Source: Candidatus Doudnabacteria bacterium
GTDB taxonomy: Bacteria > Patescibacteriota > Doudnabacteria > UBA920
Assembly (NCBI GenBank): GCA_023245995.1
Contig: JAHFJH010000004.1
Coordinates: 1 to 56,875 of the forward strand
Length of the DNA: 56,875 nt
Direction: 5' to 3'
Below the pieces are notes generated by a model. That model had not been told where the DNA came from and made no database searches. It saw only the letters and a list, made by a program, of their open reading frames with translations. Made by a program: the position numbers and the translations under genes. This document shows, in pieces, positions 7,752 to 17,782 of the stretch (position 1 is its first letter; every line of letters begins with the position of its first letter).

Positions 7752-10070
7752 TTATAATTTTTTTAGTTTTAAACGTAGAGAGTTACCCACCACAGAAACA
7801 CTAGAAAACGCCATAGCTAGTCCCGCAAAAACAGGGTTCAGCAACCAACCAAACAGCGGGAAAAACGCACCACCAGCCAAAGGTATGCCTACTATGTTAT
7901 AGAAAAAAGCCCAAAACAAATTTTGTTTTATCCCTCGCATAGTCAACCTAGAAAGCCGAATAGCCTTTACTATTTTACTTATGTCACCATGAAGCAAGGT
8001 TATACCCGCACTCTCTATGGCTACGTCTGTACCGGTGGCCATAGCTATGCCTACGTCAGCCTGGGCTAATGCGGGTGCGTCATTTACCCCATCTCCTGCC
8101 ATAGCCACAACTTGGCCTTGTGCCTGCAAAGTTTTTATTTTATTAGATTTATCTTCTGGAGTTACTTCTGCTACCACCTCGTCTACTCCAACAAGGTTGC
8201 CAATATATTTGGCGGTATTTACATGGTCGCCCGTAAGCATTACTACTTTTATACCTAAGCTATGTAGTTTCGCCACAGCTTCTGCTGCCTCGGGCTTGAC
8301 TGGGTCTGCTACCATCACCGTGCACAGTACTTTTTCCTTGGTCGCCAATATAATTGGAGTTTTTCCGGATAAAGTTTCTTGCTCTATAAAAGCATGGTCA
8401 AACGCTAATTTTAACTCTTCTATAAACTTAAGGTTACCAGCAAAATACTCAACACCTACCACCCGACCTTTCACTCCCTTACCTTTTACAGCTTCAAACT
8501 TTTCTAATTTTTGTAATTGAATATTATGAAGTTTGGCGTACTGTACAACAGCATGAGCTATTGGGTGTTCGGACTTGTCTTCTAAGCTTGCCAAAATTGC
8601 AACTAAGTCACCCTCGGACATAGTGCTCAAATTTTTTATAGACACAAGCTCCGGCATGCCCCGAGTTAAGGTACCGGTTTTGTCTACCACCACGGTATTT
8701 ACTTTGTGCAAGCGTTCTAAAGTAGAAGCGTCTTTTATTAGTATCCCCTCACGTGCGCCCTTACCCACCCCAACAATTATGGCTGTGGGTGTAGCTAAAC
8801 CTAACGCACACGGACAAGCAATAACCAGTATGCCAACAAACGAGACTAAACCACTTGAAAGGCTCTGTGAAAAACCTAAGTACTGACTACCCACCACTAG
8901 CCATAAGCTTAAAGAAACAAAAGCTAAAACTAAAACTATAGGCACAAACACTCTGGAAATTTTATCGGCCAAAGCTTGAATGGGTGCTTTACTCCCCTGC
9001 GCCTCTTGCACCATTTTAACTATATGTGCAAGCAAAGTTTCAGAACCTACTTGAGTAGCCCGAAATGTAAAAGTTCCAGTAGTGTTAATAGTCCCAGCAA
9101 CTACCTTGTCGCCCGCAACTTTTTCCACCGGTATGGGCTCACCGCTAACCATAGCTTCATCTATAAAAGTGCTGCCCTCGGTGATAATCCCGTCAACAGG
9201 TAACTTGCCTGCAGGCTTTACTACAACTAGGTCTCCAACTAAAACCTGATCAGCAGATACTTCTACTTCCACCCCATTTCTCACCACAAGTGCAGTCTTT
9301 GCTTGCAAATTTAGTAACTGTTCTATAGCGTCCCCAGTTTTAAGTTTAGACCGCACTTCCAAGTACTTACCCAAGGCTATAAACGCAATAACAACAATGG
9401 TTACATCGTAGTAAGTATGCTCCACGTTAATGTATGGCCGAAGTACATCTTCAAAAGCAGAAACTATAAAGCTGTAGAGAAATGCAGCCGATGTACCTAT
9501 ACCAATAAGCGTATCCATGTTGGCTTGTCCGTATCTAAGGAAACGGTAAAAACCCAGCAAGTAAGGTTTGCCCACCACAAACAAAGTGTATGTAGCAAAA
9601 ATAGGTAATAAATGATGGAAAAACTCTTTAAGCACTACAGGCATTTCCCTTGCCACACTAAACTGGACTAAAATGTCCCAAGTCATTAAAAAAATACTAA
9701 ACGCAGCCAACGGCAAAACAGACATAAGCTTAGACTTCATGTCCGCAAGCTCTGCCAATTTTTCTTCCCTAGACTGGGTTAGCCCCAAATGAGCAGCGTG
9801 CTCCTCTGGACTGTGGCCCATTTGCTCGGCTGTCATAGTATGTTCTTGGGGCGCGACGAGTGAGTATCCCAACTTTTCAATTTTTTCTGAAAGATCTTTG
9901 GGGTTTGTCTTTGTTTCATCAAAAGCAATCTTGCAAGTTTCGGTAGCATAGTTAACTTCTACCGAACTTACTCCAGAACTTTTACCTAAAGTTTTTTCTA
10001 TAATACCTGCGCATGAAGCGCAATGCATTCCCTTTACTCTATATGTTGTTGCTGTTTTCGCATGGTCCAT
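7752..10070 (-). CDS. copA: copper-translocating P1B-type ATPase
   Basis: N-terminal HMA GMHCASCAG, TM6 CPC motif (ACPCALGLATP), phosphorylation site DKTGTLT, hinge GDGVNDAP. 772 aa. Confidence 0.95.
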   Translation of the reverse strand: MDHAKTATTYRVKGMHCASCAGIIEKTLGKSSGVSSVEVNYATETCKIAFDETKTNPKDLSEKIEKLGYSLVAPQEHTMTAEQMGHSPEEHAAHLGLTQSREEKLAELADMKSKLMSVLPLAAFSIFLMTWDILVQFSVAREMPVVLKEFFHHLLPIFATYTLFVVGKPYLLGFYRFLRYGQANMDTLIGIGTSAAFLYSFIVSAFEDVLRPYINVEHTYYDVTIVVIAFIALGKYLEVRSKLKTGDAIEQLLNLQAKTALVVRNGVEVEVSADQVLVGDLVVVKPAGKLPVDGIITEGSTFIDEAMVSGEPIPVEKVAGDKVVAGTINTTGTFTFRATQVGSETLLAHIVKMVQEAQGSKAPIQALADKISRVFVPIVLVLAFVSLSLWLVVGSQYLGFSQSLSSGLVSFVGILVIACPCALGLATPTAIIVGVGKGAREGILIKDASTLERLHKVNTVVVDKTGTLTRGMPELVSIKNLSTMSEGDLVAILASLEDKSEHPIAHAVVQYAKLHNIQLQKLEKFEAVKGKGVKGRVVGVEYFAGNLKFIEELKLAFDHAFIEQETLSGKTPIILATKEKVLCTVMVADPVKPEAAEAVAKLHSLGIKVVMLTGDHVNTAKYIGNLVGVDEVVAEVTPEDKSNKIKTLQAQGQVVAMAGDGVNDAPALAQADVGIAMATGTDVAIESAGITLLHGDISKIVKAIRLSRLTMRGIKQNLFWAFFYNIVGIPLAGGAFFPLFGWLLNPVFAGLAMAFSSVSVVGNSLRLKLKKL

Positions 10071-10082
10071 ATATTTTAAAAA

Positions 10083-10349
10083 TTATTTTCTTTTTAGTCT
10101 ATAAACTTTAAGTATTTCCCCTATCGCTTTCTTTTCTTGCTTCTTTTTTATTTGGTCAATAACACAGGTGCTTAAGTGGCTTTCCATAAGCACGTCTTCT
10201 ACACTAGAAAGAGCTTGTTTTACGGCCGAGGTTTGAGTAATAATGTCTATACAATAAGTACCCCGCTCCACCATGTCTTGTAGGCCACGCACTTGTCCTT
10301 CTATTATTTTAAGCCTACGTACAAGCTTGGTCTTAGATATATTATGCAT
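10083..10349 (-). CDS. csoR: CsoR/RcnR-family metal-sensing repressor
   Basis: RLKIIEGQVRGLQDMVE...YCIDIITQ...HLSTCV is the typical CsoR (DUF156) pattern with Cys/His ligands. The ORF track extends to 10385, but that extension covers the putative operator, so ATG 10349 is preferred. Confidence 0.85.
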   Translation of the reverse strand: MHNISKTKLVRRLKIIEGQVRGLQDMVERGTYCIDIITQTSAVKQALSSVEDVLMESHLSTCVIDQIKKKQEKKAIGEILKVYRLKRK

Positions 10350-10359
10350 ATATTCAAGG

Positions 10360-10378
10360 TATACCCCCCATGGGTATA
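10360..10378. promoter_or_regulatory. putative CsoR operator (TATACCC-N5-GGGTATA)
   Basis: Perfect 7-bp inverted repeat around a C-rich core, just upstream of csoR. It resembles the G/C-tract pseudo-palindromes bound by CsoR proteins. Confidence 0.55.
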
Positions 10379-10437
10379 TTGTCAAGTAGATAGTGTTTTT
10401 TTAAATTATATGCACATGCCCTTATAAACTACCACCT

Positions 10438-10467
10438 CAAAAAAATACCCCAGACAACCTGAGGTAT
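10438..10467 (-). terminator. terminator of the zinc-ribbon gene
   Basis: ATACCCCAG/CTGAGGTAT stem with one mismatch. On the minus strand it is followed by T7. Confidence 0.6.
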
Positions 10468-10516
10468 TTAACATAGGTAACAGTTTTCACAATCGCTTCA
10501 TCAAAAAATCCAATGT

Positions 10517-10759
10517 CTACATTCTGGCGTGGCAATGAGCGCATACACTAGGCCACATATCTTCTACTTTCAACACAATTGAACCACACCCAGAACATAC
10601 CACAGAACCATCTACCATAAACTCTTTAAATGCCTGCGGAGAATGTGTAAGTGCGTCTTTCATAAGTTTTGCTTGTCTTTGACCCAGCGCTCTATGCTCG
10701 GGAGCATCAACATGTATTTCCTCATTTTTTACACCCCTCTGAAGTCTGCCTTCTCTCAT
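10517..10759 (-). CDS. hypothetical small zinc-ribbon protein
   Basis: 80 codons with C-terminal CSGC...CAHC (two CxxC pairs). Monocistronic, lying between two terminators. Confidence 0.45.
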   Translation of the reverse strand: MREGRLQRGVKNEEIHVDAPEHRALGQRQAKLMKDALTHSPQAFKEFMVDGSVVCSGCGSIVLKVEDMWPSVCAHCHARM

Positions 10760-10863
10760 AAAATATAGTTAACTTACTCAATAAATTAAGTGTACACCTC
10801 CTAGCGTTAATGTACAGTATAAGGAAACTAGAAACATGCGGACTCTGTACATCTATGTTATTT

Positions 10864-10889
10864 AAAAAAACCGCTCTTGCGGTTTTTTT
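10864..10889. terminator. bidirectional terminator
   Basis: AAAAAAACCGC-TCTT-GCGGTTTTTTT. Confidence 0.75.
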
Positions 10890-10906
10890 ATGTGGTCTGA
10901 AAGTTT

Positions 10907-11539
10907 CTAAAAAGAAATTTTAGAAGTATCAACTGTGAGCTTACCACTTACATAGTAAGTAATAGTATTTTTTAACAAAACTAGCATTGTCCCACTAGAA
11001 GAAGAAAACTGTAGGGCAGGAGTACTAGCTACATTAAGCTTAAGCACGTTCACAACTCCCGAGCTAGACTTAAGTTGTTGCTCTATTACTTCCAGTGTGT
11101 CTTTGGTGCCACCGTACCACTCAATAGACGAAGTCAAGTTACTACCGCTATAAAAATTTATATAGTTCCTTCCATCTCGCACATCTTCTTGTACCTTCCA
11201 AGTATTAGGAATAGTTACGCTTATGCCTGCGGAAACGCTTTTATACAATTTATTAGCACTTACAATGGGTGTTGGGCTAGGTGTAACAGTTGGGGTAATG
11301 TAAGTTGGCGTGGGCAGTGTTGGCACTACTGTACCGCTTCTAATATTGATTGTAACTACTTGCGCAGGCGTACCAGTTGGCTGGCTTTGAGCTGAGTCTT
11401 GCACGAGAACAGGAACAAGGCTAGTGGTTGTATTTTTATTTTCTTTGTGTTTTGTCACCACAGCCACAACTAAAAACCCTGTAGCCACAAGTAAAATAAA
11501 AATTAATATTGTTCGAAAAGTCTTGTTCATAAAATTCAT
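10907..11539 (-). CDS. hypothetical membrane-anchored extracytoplasmic protein with Pro/Thr linker
   Basis: N-terminal TM helix, PT-rich stretch (PTLPTPTYITPTVTPSPTP), then a beta-rich domain. Lies downstream of the RND gene on the same strand. Confidence 0.5.
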   Translation of the reverse strand: MNFMNKTFRTILIFILLVATGFLVVAVVTKHKENKNTTTSLVPVLVQDSAQSQPTGTPAQVVTINIRSGTVVPTLPTPTYITPTVTPSPTPIVSANKLYKSVSAGISVTIPNTWKVQEDVRDGRNYINFYSGSNLTSSIEWYGGTKDTLEVIEQQLKSSSGVVNVLKLNVASTPALQFSSSSGTMLVLLKNTITYYVSGKLTVDTSKISF

Positions 11540-11621
11540 TAGTTCTCTAGACTTCCATACTACCCTCTTCCCGCTTTGGTTTGCGAGTTCACCCGCACAC
11601 CATATACGGTGGTGTTGCGTA

Positions 11622-14600
11622 CTACAAGTTTTCCTCGTCCTGTCGCTTTGGTGTGCGGGTAAACCAAGAATATAGGACTGGCGTGGTGAACAAACTTAAT
11701 ATACCAGAACTTAATATACCAGCTATAACCACTACAGCTAGCCCGCGCCAAAACGGAGCAAACACTGCCAAAGGTAACAAACCCGCTAAAGCCGTAAGCT
11801 TGGTTAGTACAACAGGCCGAAGCCGTATACCGGAGCTTAAAGCTATGGCTTCATTTTTGTCCATCCCCTCAGCTACTTTTCGGTTAGCAAAATCTATTAA
11901 GAATATGCCTACATTTTCTACTATTCCTATAACCATAATAACGCCCAAAACTTCCAAAAACCCGAGCTGGCCACGAGCAAAAGCATAGAGTGCTGGAAAT
12001 GCACCCACAAACAAAAGTGGAATGGAAAAAAGTATAATTAGTGGCTGAACAAATGACCGGAAGAACAACACAAAAACTATGTAGCTAAAAAGTATGGACA
12101 AGGCAATTGCCAAAAACAATTCCTGAAACGACTTTTCAAAGTCGTCTTGCGAAGCGGGGTTGTTAAATGCTTCCTTAGACACACCAAGTGCCCCAGCGTT
12201 GTCACGTGCCCACTGGTCTATTTTACGTTGCACTGTAATTGCGTCGCGCGGGTCACGAATGCGAGCAGACACTGTGGCAAAACGCTGGCCGTTAAGTTTT
12301 TGTATGCTAGTTGCGCTTGTAGCTTGCTTTACCTCTGCTACCGAGCCAACTGCAACTGGCCCAAGCGAACCATAAACCGTAAGTGCACTCACATCTTCCA
12401 CGGTATGAGGCTTTGCACCTGCTGGAGTACGCAAAACTACGTCTGTGCCTTCTAGCACAAACAACGTTCGCTCGCCCAACATGCCGGCTAGCTGGCCATA
12501 CAACGATGGCGCGCTTACACCTGCCTGTGCAGCAAGTTCCGGTTTTACAGTAACGCTTAAGTCTTGTGTTGTCTCTTCACCATAATATTCTACCGCCGAA
12601 ACTTCGGAGTACTGGCGTAGCTGTTCTGCTATTTTTTTACTCGCCTCTAGAAGTTTCTTATTGTCGTTTTCAAATATTTTTACAGAAATTGGAAACGCGG
12701 CATCTGGCGGGCCCGCACCTAGTTCCCCTACTGCGGCTTTTTGTCCATACTTTTTTTGGAGAGCAAGCTCTAAATCTTTTGCAATTTCGCCACTGTTTTT
12801 GTCGCGCTCTGTATGAGGTAACAAGTGTACAACCAACGACAGTGAACCATTACCGCCTCCGCCATCTACCGAACCGTAAAAATAGGACTGAATATACTGT
12901 GCCTGCTCTGAAACTGCTAGCTCTAGTGGTTTGTTTTGTTCCAGCAGCTGCGCTTCGGTTGGACTACCAGTAAGAGGCACGTTAACAGTAAGGTAGTCTA
13001 CGTCGTTGGGCTTTGCAAACTGTACCTGTTGTACTTTTCCAGAGCTAAACAAAAAACCAGAAACACCAATAGGAATAACAAGCCCTAAAATAATGATTAC
13101 AATTTTTAACCAGAAGTGATGCAATACATAGCGGTTGGCACGTATAAACCACCGTGCGGCAGGCCATAAGTTGTTTATGTTGTTCTCGTCCTGCGTGTCC
13201 ACTACATGCTTAGCTTTTAAAAACCGCCCAGCAAACCAAGTTAAAAAGAGCAGAGGAATAAAATACGAAGCAATAAGTGCAGGCACCACGGTGAGTGGAA
13301 TGTATTTTATTATTTGCCCAAAGGTACCAGATACTACGGCAAATGGTATAAACACAATAAGCGAAGTAAACACAGCTATAAACACCCCGCTACCTATAGT
13401 TTGTATGGAGCGAAGCACCGCGTTGGTACCTTTATAGCCCACTTCAAGATAACGTTTAATAGACTCCAAAACCACAATAGCAGGGTCTACTATTAGCCCT
13501 AAGACTAATATCATTGAGAACAAAACTATGGTGTTAAGCTGAATGCCTGCAGCATATAAAAATATAAACGTACAAAAAAACGAGAGTGGTATAGCCAGCG
13601 CAGAAATAATTGCACTACGCCAGTCTACAAACAAAAACATAGCCAACATAAGAAGCCAAATACCACCAAACACATATCCTAAACCACTAACACTACCAAG
13701 TGAGTCCCACTTGCCACCAATCGCCGAAGTAAGTATTTCATGAACCTGCTGTGACGCGTTTTCAGCTTCGTTTAGAACGATTACATATCGCGTATCCTTG
13801 TGTTCGGTTTCCAACTCACGGAGCGCAGAGTTAACAGCAGTATTTACTTTTAGCAAGTCAGTGGTGGTAGTTAAACGAACTTCGTACAAAAGCGCTGACT
13901 GAATTTTAAATGCATTTCCATCTTTAAAACCCATACGGTGAACTTGACTGTTGTAGTCTATGCCCATATACACATTTGCTATGTCGCGCAAATGTACAAG
14001 ACTTTTACTGCCGTCGGATTTAGTTATGGCAATTGGAATATTTTTTACATCGTCTAAATTTCCTGCAAACTTATTTCCCACCACTTGAGACTTTGTGCCG
14101 TTTATTTCCACCTGCCCCAAAGGGAAGCCTGCGTTAGCGGCGTTAATTTGTTCCAAGATTTGCGGGGTCTGAAATTCTGCTGCCACTTCTATATATATCT
14201 TTTGTTTGGCCTTGGACACAAGCTCCACACTTTTTACCCCTTGAACACTTAAAAGCTTGTCGCGAAGCTCGCTTGAACTGCTAAGCAAATCGGCCACTGG
14301 CTTACTAGCAGTGACACCTATAGTAAACGGCGCGCCACTGGTTTCGGGAACAAAAATATCTGGAGTATGTACCCCTTCCGGCAAATTTACCGAGGCAAGC
14401 TTTGTGCGCAGTTCCTGAATGCCAGAATTTACGTCTATCCCTTCGTCGAACTGTACTATAACTGAAGCAAAATTGCTCTGCGAATTTGAGCTGGTTTGTT
14501 TTACACCTTTAGCATCCCGTATAGCACTTTCTATTGGGCTTGCAACAGTGTCAGCAACTGTCTCCGGTCCTGCACCAGGCACAACAGCAGTCACAACAGC

Positions 14601-14762
14601 AATAGGCACCTGTATTTTAGGAAAGCCTTCCACCCGAAGTCCCAAAAGAGAAAAAACACCTGCTGCAACAATTACAATTAAACACAATACCGCCAACTGC
14701 CTATGGTGCAAAAAATAGTTAACTAAGCGATAATTCCAGTCTTTTTTAGTAGATTCTTCCAT
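11622..14762 (-). CDS. RND-superfamily efflux transporter (AcrB-like permease)
   Basis: 1046 aa with 12-TM/two-large-loop architecture. TM4-type motif GLIVDPAIVVLES is repeated in the second half (GIVENVGIFLIDF). Confidence 0.9.
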   Translation of the reverse strand: MEESTKKDWNYRLVNYFLHHRQLAVLCLIVIVAAGVFSLLGLRVEGFPKIQVPIAVVTAVVPGAGPETVADTVASPIESAIRDAKGVKQTSSNSQSNFASVIVQFDEGIDVNSGIQELRTKLASVNLPEGVHTPDIFVPETSGAPFTIGVTASKPVADLLSSSSELRDKLLSVQGVKSVELVSKAKQKIYIEVAAEFQTPQILEQINAANAGFPLGQVEINGTKSQVVGNKFAGNLDDVKNIPIAITKSDGSKSLVHLRDIANVYMGIDYNSQVHRMGFKDGNAFKIQSALLYEVRLTTTTDLLKVNTAVNSALRELETEHKDTRYVIVLNEAENASQQVHEILTSAIGGKWDSLGSVSGLGYVFGGIWLLMLAMFLFVDWRSAIISALAIPLSFFCTFIFLYAAGIQLNTIVLFSMILVLGLIVDPAIVVLESIKRYLEVGYKGTNAVLRSIQTIGSGVFIAVFTSLIVFIPFAVVSGTFGQIIKYIPLTVVPALIASYFIPLLFLTWFAGRFLKAKHVVDTQDENNINNLWPAARWFIRANRYVLHHFWLKIVIIILGLVIPIGVSGFLFSSGKVQQVQFAKPNDVDYLTVNVPLTGSPTEAQLLEQNKPLELAVSEQAQYIQSYFYGSVDGGGGNGSLSLVVHLLPHTERDKNSGEIAKDLELALQKKYGQKAAVGELGAGPPDAAFPISVKIFENDNKKLLEASKKIAEQLRQYSEVSAVEYYGEETTQDLSVTVKPELAAQAGVSAPSLYGQLAGMLGERTLFVLEGTDVVLRTPAGAKPHTVEDVSALTVYGSLGPVAVGSVAEVKQATSATSIQKLNGQRFATVSARIRDPRDAITVQRKIDQWARDNAGALGVSKEAFNNPASQDDFEKSFQELFLAIALSILFSYIVFVLFFRSFVQPLIILFSIPLLFVGAFPALYAFARGQLGFLEVLGVIMVIGIVENVGIFLIDFANRKVAEGMDKNEAIALSSGIRLRPVVLTKLTALAGLLPLAVFAPFWRGLAVVVIAGILSSGILSLFTTPVLYSWFTRTPKRQDEENL

Positions 14763-14849
14763 AAATAAAGTTAATAGTTTCCATATATTTTACCATAAAT
14801 AAGCACCTATGAATAGTTGTTTAACCACACTTTCTGCTACCATGTAAAC

Positions 14850-15632
14850 ATGCAAAATTTCACCACGACGAGCTGGAATGTCCAAGGCACATGGAATATA
14901 ACTGGACACACATCACTTACAAAAGTACAAGCAGAACTGCAAACTGCCTACGCAGATGTTATTGCACTTCAGGAGGCAGAACATGTTAAAAGCGCTTTAC
15001 AAAATATATACCCCCGAAACACCTATAATCTTTTTGTTCCAAAATCTAAAAATAACCACAATGTTATAGCAAGCAAATATCCTATTATAAACGGACGAGA
15101 AATTGTGTTTCCCAATTGGGGTCAAAAACGCCAACTAGAAAACGCAACCACTGTTAATCTTCAAATGCATGACAAAACTTTAAGAATTTATAATTGCCAC
15201 TTCCCTATTTTCCGTGCAGGGCCTGCCTTAAGACTCAAACAACTTGAATATATTTTTGAAGACAACAACGACCATACCGGCCCAACTATAATCTGCGGCG
15301 ACTTAAACACCACCATCCCCGCCCCAGGAATGCTACGTGCTATTATAAAGGCTTGGCATCTAGAACCAAACAGTGACATGGTAATCCATAATAAATTTCT
15401 AAAAGTTGCCGAACAAGAAACTTTCAGCCAAACACTTACACAAAATGGTTTTACCGAAGTACTAAGTCTTAAGACCCCAACATGGTCTCCTTTTAAGACC
15501 GAACATTTGGAACTTTTCAACCTCAAGCTAGACTGGTTTATGGTAAAAGGATTAAAAACGCAACATATTAAACTTGGTGACTATGTTTCCGATCATAAAT
15601 TAATTCAAGTTACTTGCAACATAGTTATTTAA
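14850..15632 (+). CDS. endonuclease/exonuclease/phosphatase (EEP) family protein
   Basis: SWNVQG, IALQEAE, GDLNT and SDHKLI motifs in canonical order. The ORF track starts at TTG 14817; ATG 14850 is preferred. Confidence 0.75.
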   Translation: MQNFTTTSWNVQGTWNITGHTSLTKVQAELQTAYADVIALQEAEHVKSALQNIYPRNTYNLFVPKSKNNHNVIASKYPIINGREIVFPNWGQKRQLENATTVNLQMHDKTLRIYNCHFPIFRAGPALRLKQLEYIFEDNNDHTGPTIICGDLNTTIPAPGMLRAIIKAWHLEPNSDMVIHNKFLKVAEQETFSQTLTQNGFTEVLSLKTPTWSPFKTEHLELFNLKLDWFMVKGLKTQHIKLGDYVSDHKLIQVTCNIVI

Positions 15633-15707
15633 CCACTAGGACAAATTAAAAAAACATCATAGAAAAACCATGGATAAGCAAAAAATAATGTTACAATATA
15701 AGTAACA

Positions 15708-16889
15708 ATGCCAAACGAAACGAAACATAACTTACCTGCAAACTTTCTACTTGGAGCAGCCTCCAGTAGTCATCAAGTAGAAGGCAATAACATTCACAAC
15801 GACTGGTGGTTTTGGGAACAGAAAGGCAAGCTCCCCGCCTCTCGTGTCGCGACGGACCATTTTAATCGGTACAAAGAAGACTTTGTCTTAGCAAAGCAAA
15901 TTGGTCTTAACGCCATGCGCATTTCCATTGAATGGAGTCGCATAGAACCCGTTGAAGGCAAGTTCGACAGTGCTGCAGTAGAGCACTACAGAAAAGTACT
16001 ACAAAACATGGAGGCTCTTGGTCTTACGCGTATGGTCACGCTGTTTCACTTTACTTTACCTTTGTGGTTTGCCAACAAGGGCGGATTCGAGAAAAAAAAG
16101 AATATTTCACTATTTGTACGGTACGCGCAATTTGTAGTACATGAACTACAAAACGAAGTTAACTTGTGGGCCACCATAAACGAACCAGAAGTATATAGCG
16201 GCAATAGCTACCGCGTTGGGGTGTGGCCACCTTTTGTAAAAAATATTTTTACCTCAGGACGGGTGTTTAGCAATTTAGCCAAAGCGCATATTGCCGCATA
16301 CGAGGCCATAAAAAAAACCACCCCAAAAGCAGTTGTTGGACTTGCAAAAAACAATGTCTACTACGAACCAAGTAGATCTCGCCACCCGCTAGACCGAGTG
16401 GCAACATACATAACACACTGGTTCGGCAACCGCTGGTGGCTAAACAAATTAAATAATAAGTTCGACTTTTTAGGTTTAAATTATTATTTTTATCACTCGC
16501 TCAAGTTTAATTTACTTAAGGGGGTTATACACGTAGACAAAACAGCACCAAAGTCGGACATGGGTTGGCGCACGTGGCCCGAAGGTATATACCACTTGAC
16601 TACAGACCTTTGGAGTACATACAACAAACCAATTTATATTACTGAAAATGGCATAGCTAACGCCCGCGACGACATGCGACAAGACTTCATAGAGCAACAC
16701 CTTTTGTGGGTAGAAAAAGCTATACACGAAGGCGCGGACGTGCGCGGTTATTTCTACTGGTCGCTCACCGACACATACGAATGGCAAGACGGCTATAACC
16801 CTAAGTTCGGCCTAATAGAAGTAAATTTTGAAAGCCAAGTCAGAACTGTGCGTCCAAGCAGTGAAATATTTAAAAAAATACGACCATGA
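15708..16889 (+). CDS. glycoside hydrolase family 1 (beta-glucosidase-like)
   Basis: Acid/base TINEPE and nucleophile YITENG motifs, N-terminal SSHQVEG. Rather short at 393 aa. Confidence 0.85.
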   Translation: MPNETKHNLPANFLLGAASSSHQVEGNNIHNDWWFWEQKGKLPASRVATDHFNRYKEDFVLAKQIGLNAMRISIEWSRIEPVEGKFDSAAVEHYRKVLQNMEALGLTRMVTLFHFTLPLWFANKGGFEKKKNISLFVRYAQFVVHELQNEVNLWATINEPEVYSGNSYRVGVWPPFVKNIFTSGRVFSNLAKAHIAAYEAIKKTTPKAVVGLAKNNVYYEPSRSRHPLDRVATYITHWFGNRWWLNKLNNKFDFLGLNYYFYHSLKFNLLKGVIHVDKTAPKSDMGWRTWPEGIYHLTTDLWSTYNKPIYITENGIANARDDMRQDFIEQHLLWVEKAIHEGADVRGYFYWSLTDTYEWQDGYNPKFGLIEVNFESQVRTVRPSSEIFKKIRP

Positions 16890-17782
16890 GCTCACTCTAC
16901 ATACCACTGGCCATAGGCGCGTACGTGCTGTTGGCCTTTAACGGCATAGCCGACAAGTTTCTACTTTCTAAAGTAGTCAGGCATCCTATTGCTTATGCCT
17001 TTTACACGGGCATAACCGGACCTCTGACATGGGTACTTGCGCCATTTGGTTTAAAATTTTTATCCGGACAAGATTTCCTTGTCGCTATAATTGGGGGCAT
17101 TTGTTTTCCTGTAGCACTGTATTTCTTTGACACGGCCATACAACAAACCAGCATTTCTCGCATTCTGCCCATAGAGGGCGGGTTAGTGCCAATTTTTACT
17201 CTACTGTTCGCATTTTTATTCTTAGGCGAACGACTAACAAATCTGCAATTTTTAGCTTTTGTTTTTCTCGTCCTTGGGGCAGTGCTCATTTCACTTAAAT
17301 TTGAGCGTGGTCAGTGGCATGCAAAAGCCTTTGGCCACGCAACAATTGCTGCCGTCTTGTTCGCTTTGTGTTTCACATTAACTAAGTACACATTTGACCA
17401 CAGCAACTTTGTGTCTGGGCTTATTTGGACAAGGCTTGGCTTTTTTGTTGCCTCACTGGCATTTCTTATTCCACGGCAATGGCGGACGTATATTTTTGAA
17501 ACACCCAAAAAGACTTCCAACCCAAATAAAATTTTATACTATAGCACTCGCATAACTGGTGCTGTAGCCGGTCTTATGCAAAACTACGCCATAGCCATAG
17601 GTAGCGTAACTATTGTTAACGCCATGCAAGGCACACAGTATGTATTTTTACTTATTGCCACAAGCCTACTCTCCTTCTATTTCCCAAAAATACTTAAGGA
17701 AAAAATTACAGGAAAAATATTAACGCAAAAAATTATCGCAATTTTTCTTGTTGGCATTGGTCTAACCCTTCTCGCTCTATGA
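16886..17782 (+). CDS. EamA/DMT-family membrane transporter
   Basis: 298 aa, about 10 TM in two halves. ATGA overlap with the GH1 stop. Confidence 0.65.
   Translation: MSSLYIPLAIGAYVLLAFNGIADKFLLSKVVRHPIAYAFYTGITGPLTWVLAPFGLKFLSGQDFLVAIIGGICFPVALYFFDTAIQQTSISRILPIEGGLVPIFTLLFAFLFLGERLTNLQFLAFVFLVLGAVLISLKFERGQWHAKAFGHATIAAVLFALCFTLTKYTFDHSNFVSGLIWTRLGFFVASLAFLIPRQWRTYIFETPKKTSNPNKILYYSTRITGAVAGLMQNYAIAIGSVTIVNAMQGTQYVFLLIATSLLSFYFPKILKEKITGKILTQKIIAIFLVGIGLTLLAL

Noticed and set aside
8017-8886. Plus-strand ORFs (167 aa, 103 aa) antisense to copA
   Set aside because: They overlap a confidently identified P-type ATPase. The Ser/Thr/Ala/Pro-rich translations lack motifs, so these are shadow ORFs.
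11581-13743. Several 60-135-aa plus-strand ORFs antisense to the RND gene
   Set aside because: All are nested in the 1046-aa RND ORF. They have no RBS or promoter context and low-complexity products.
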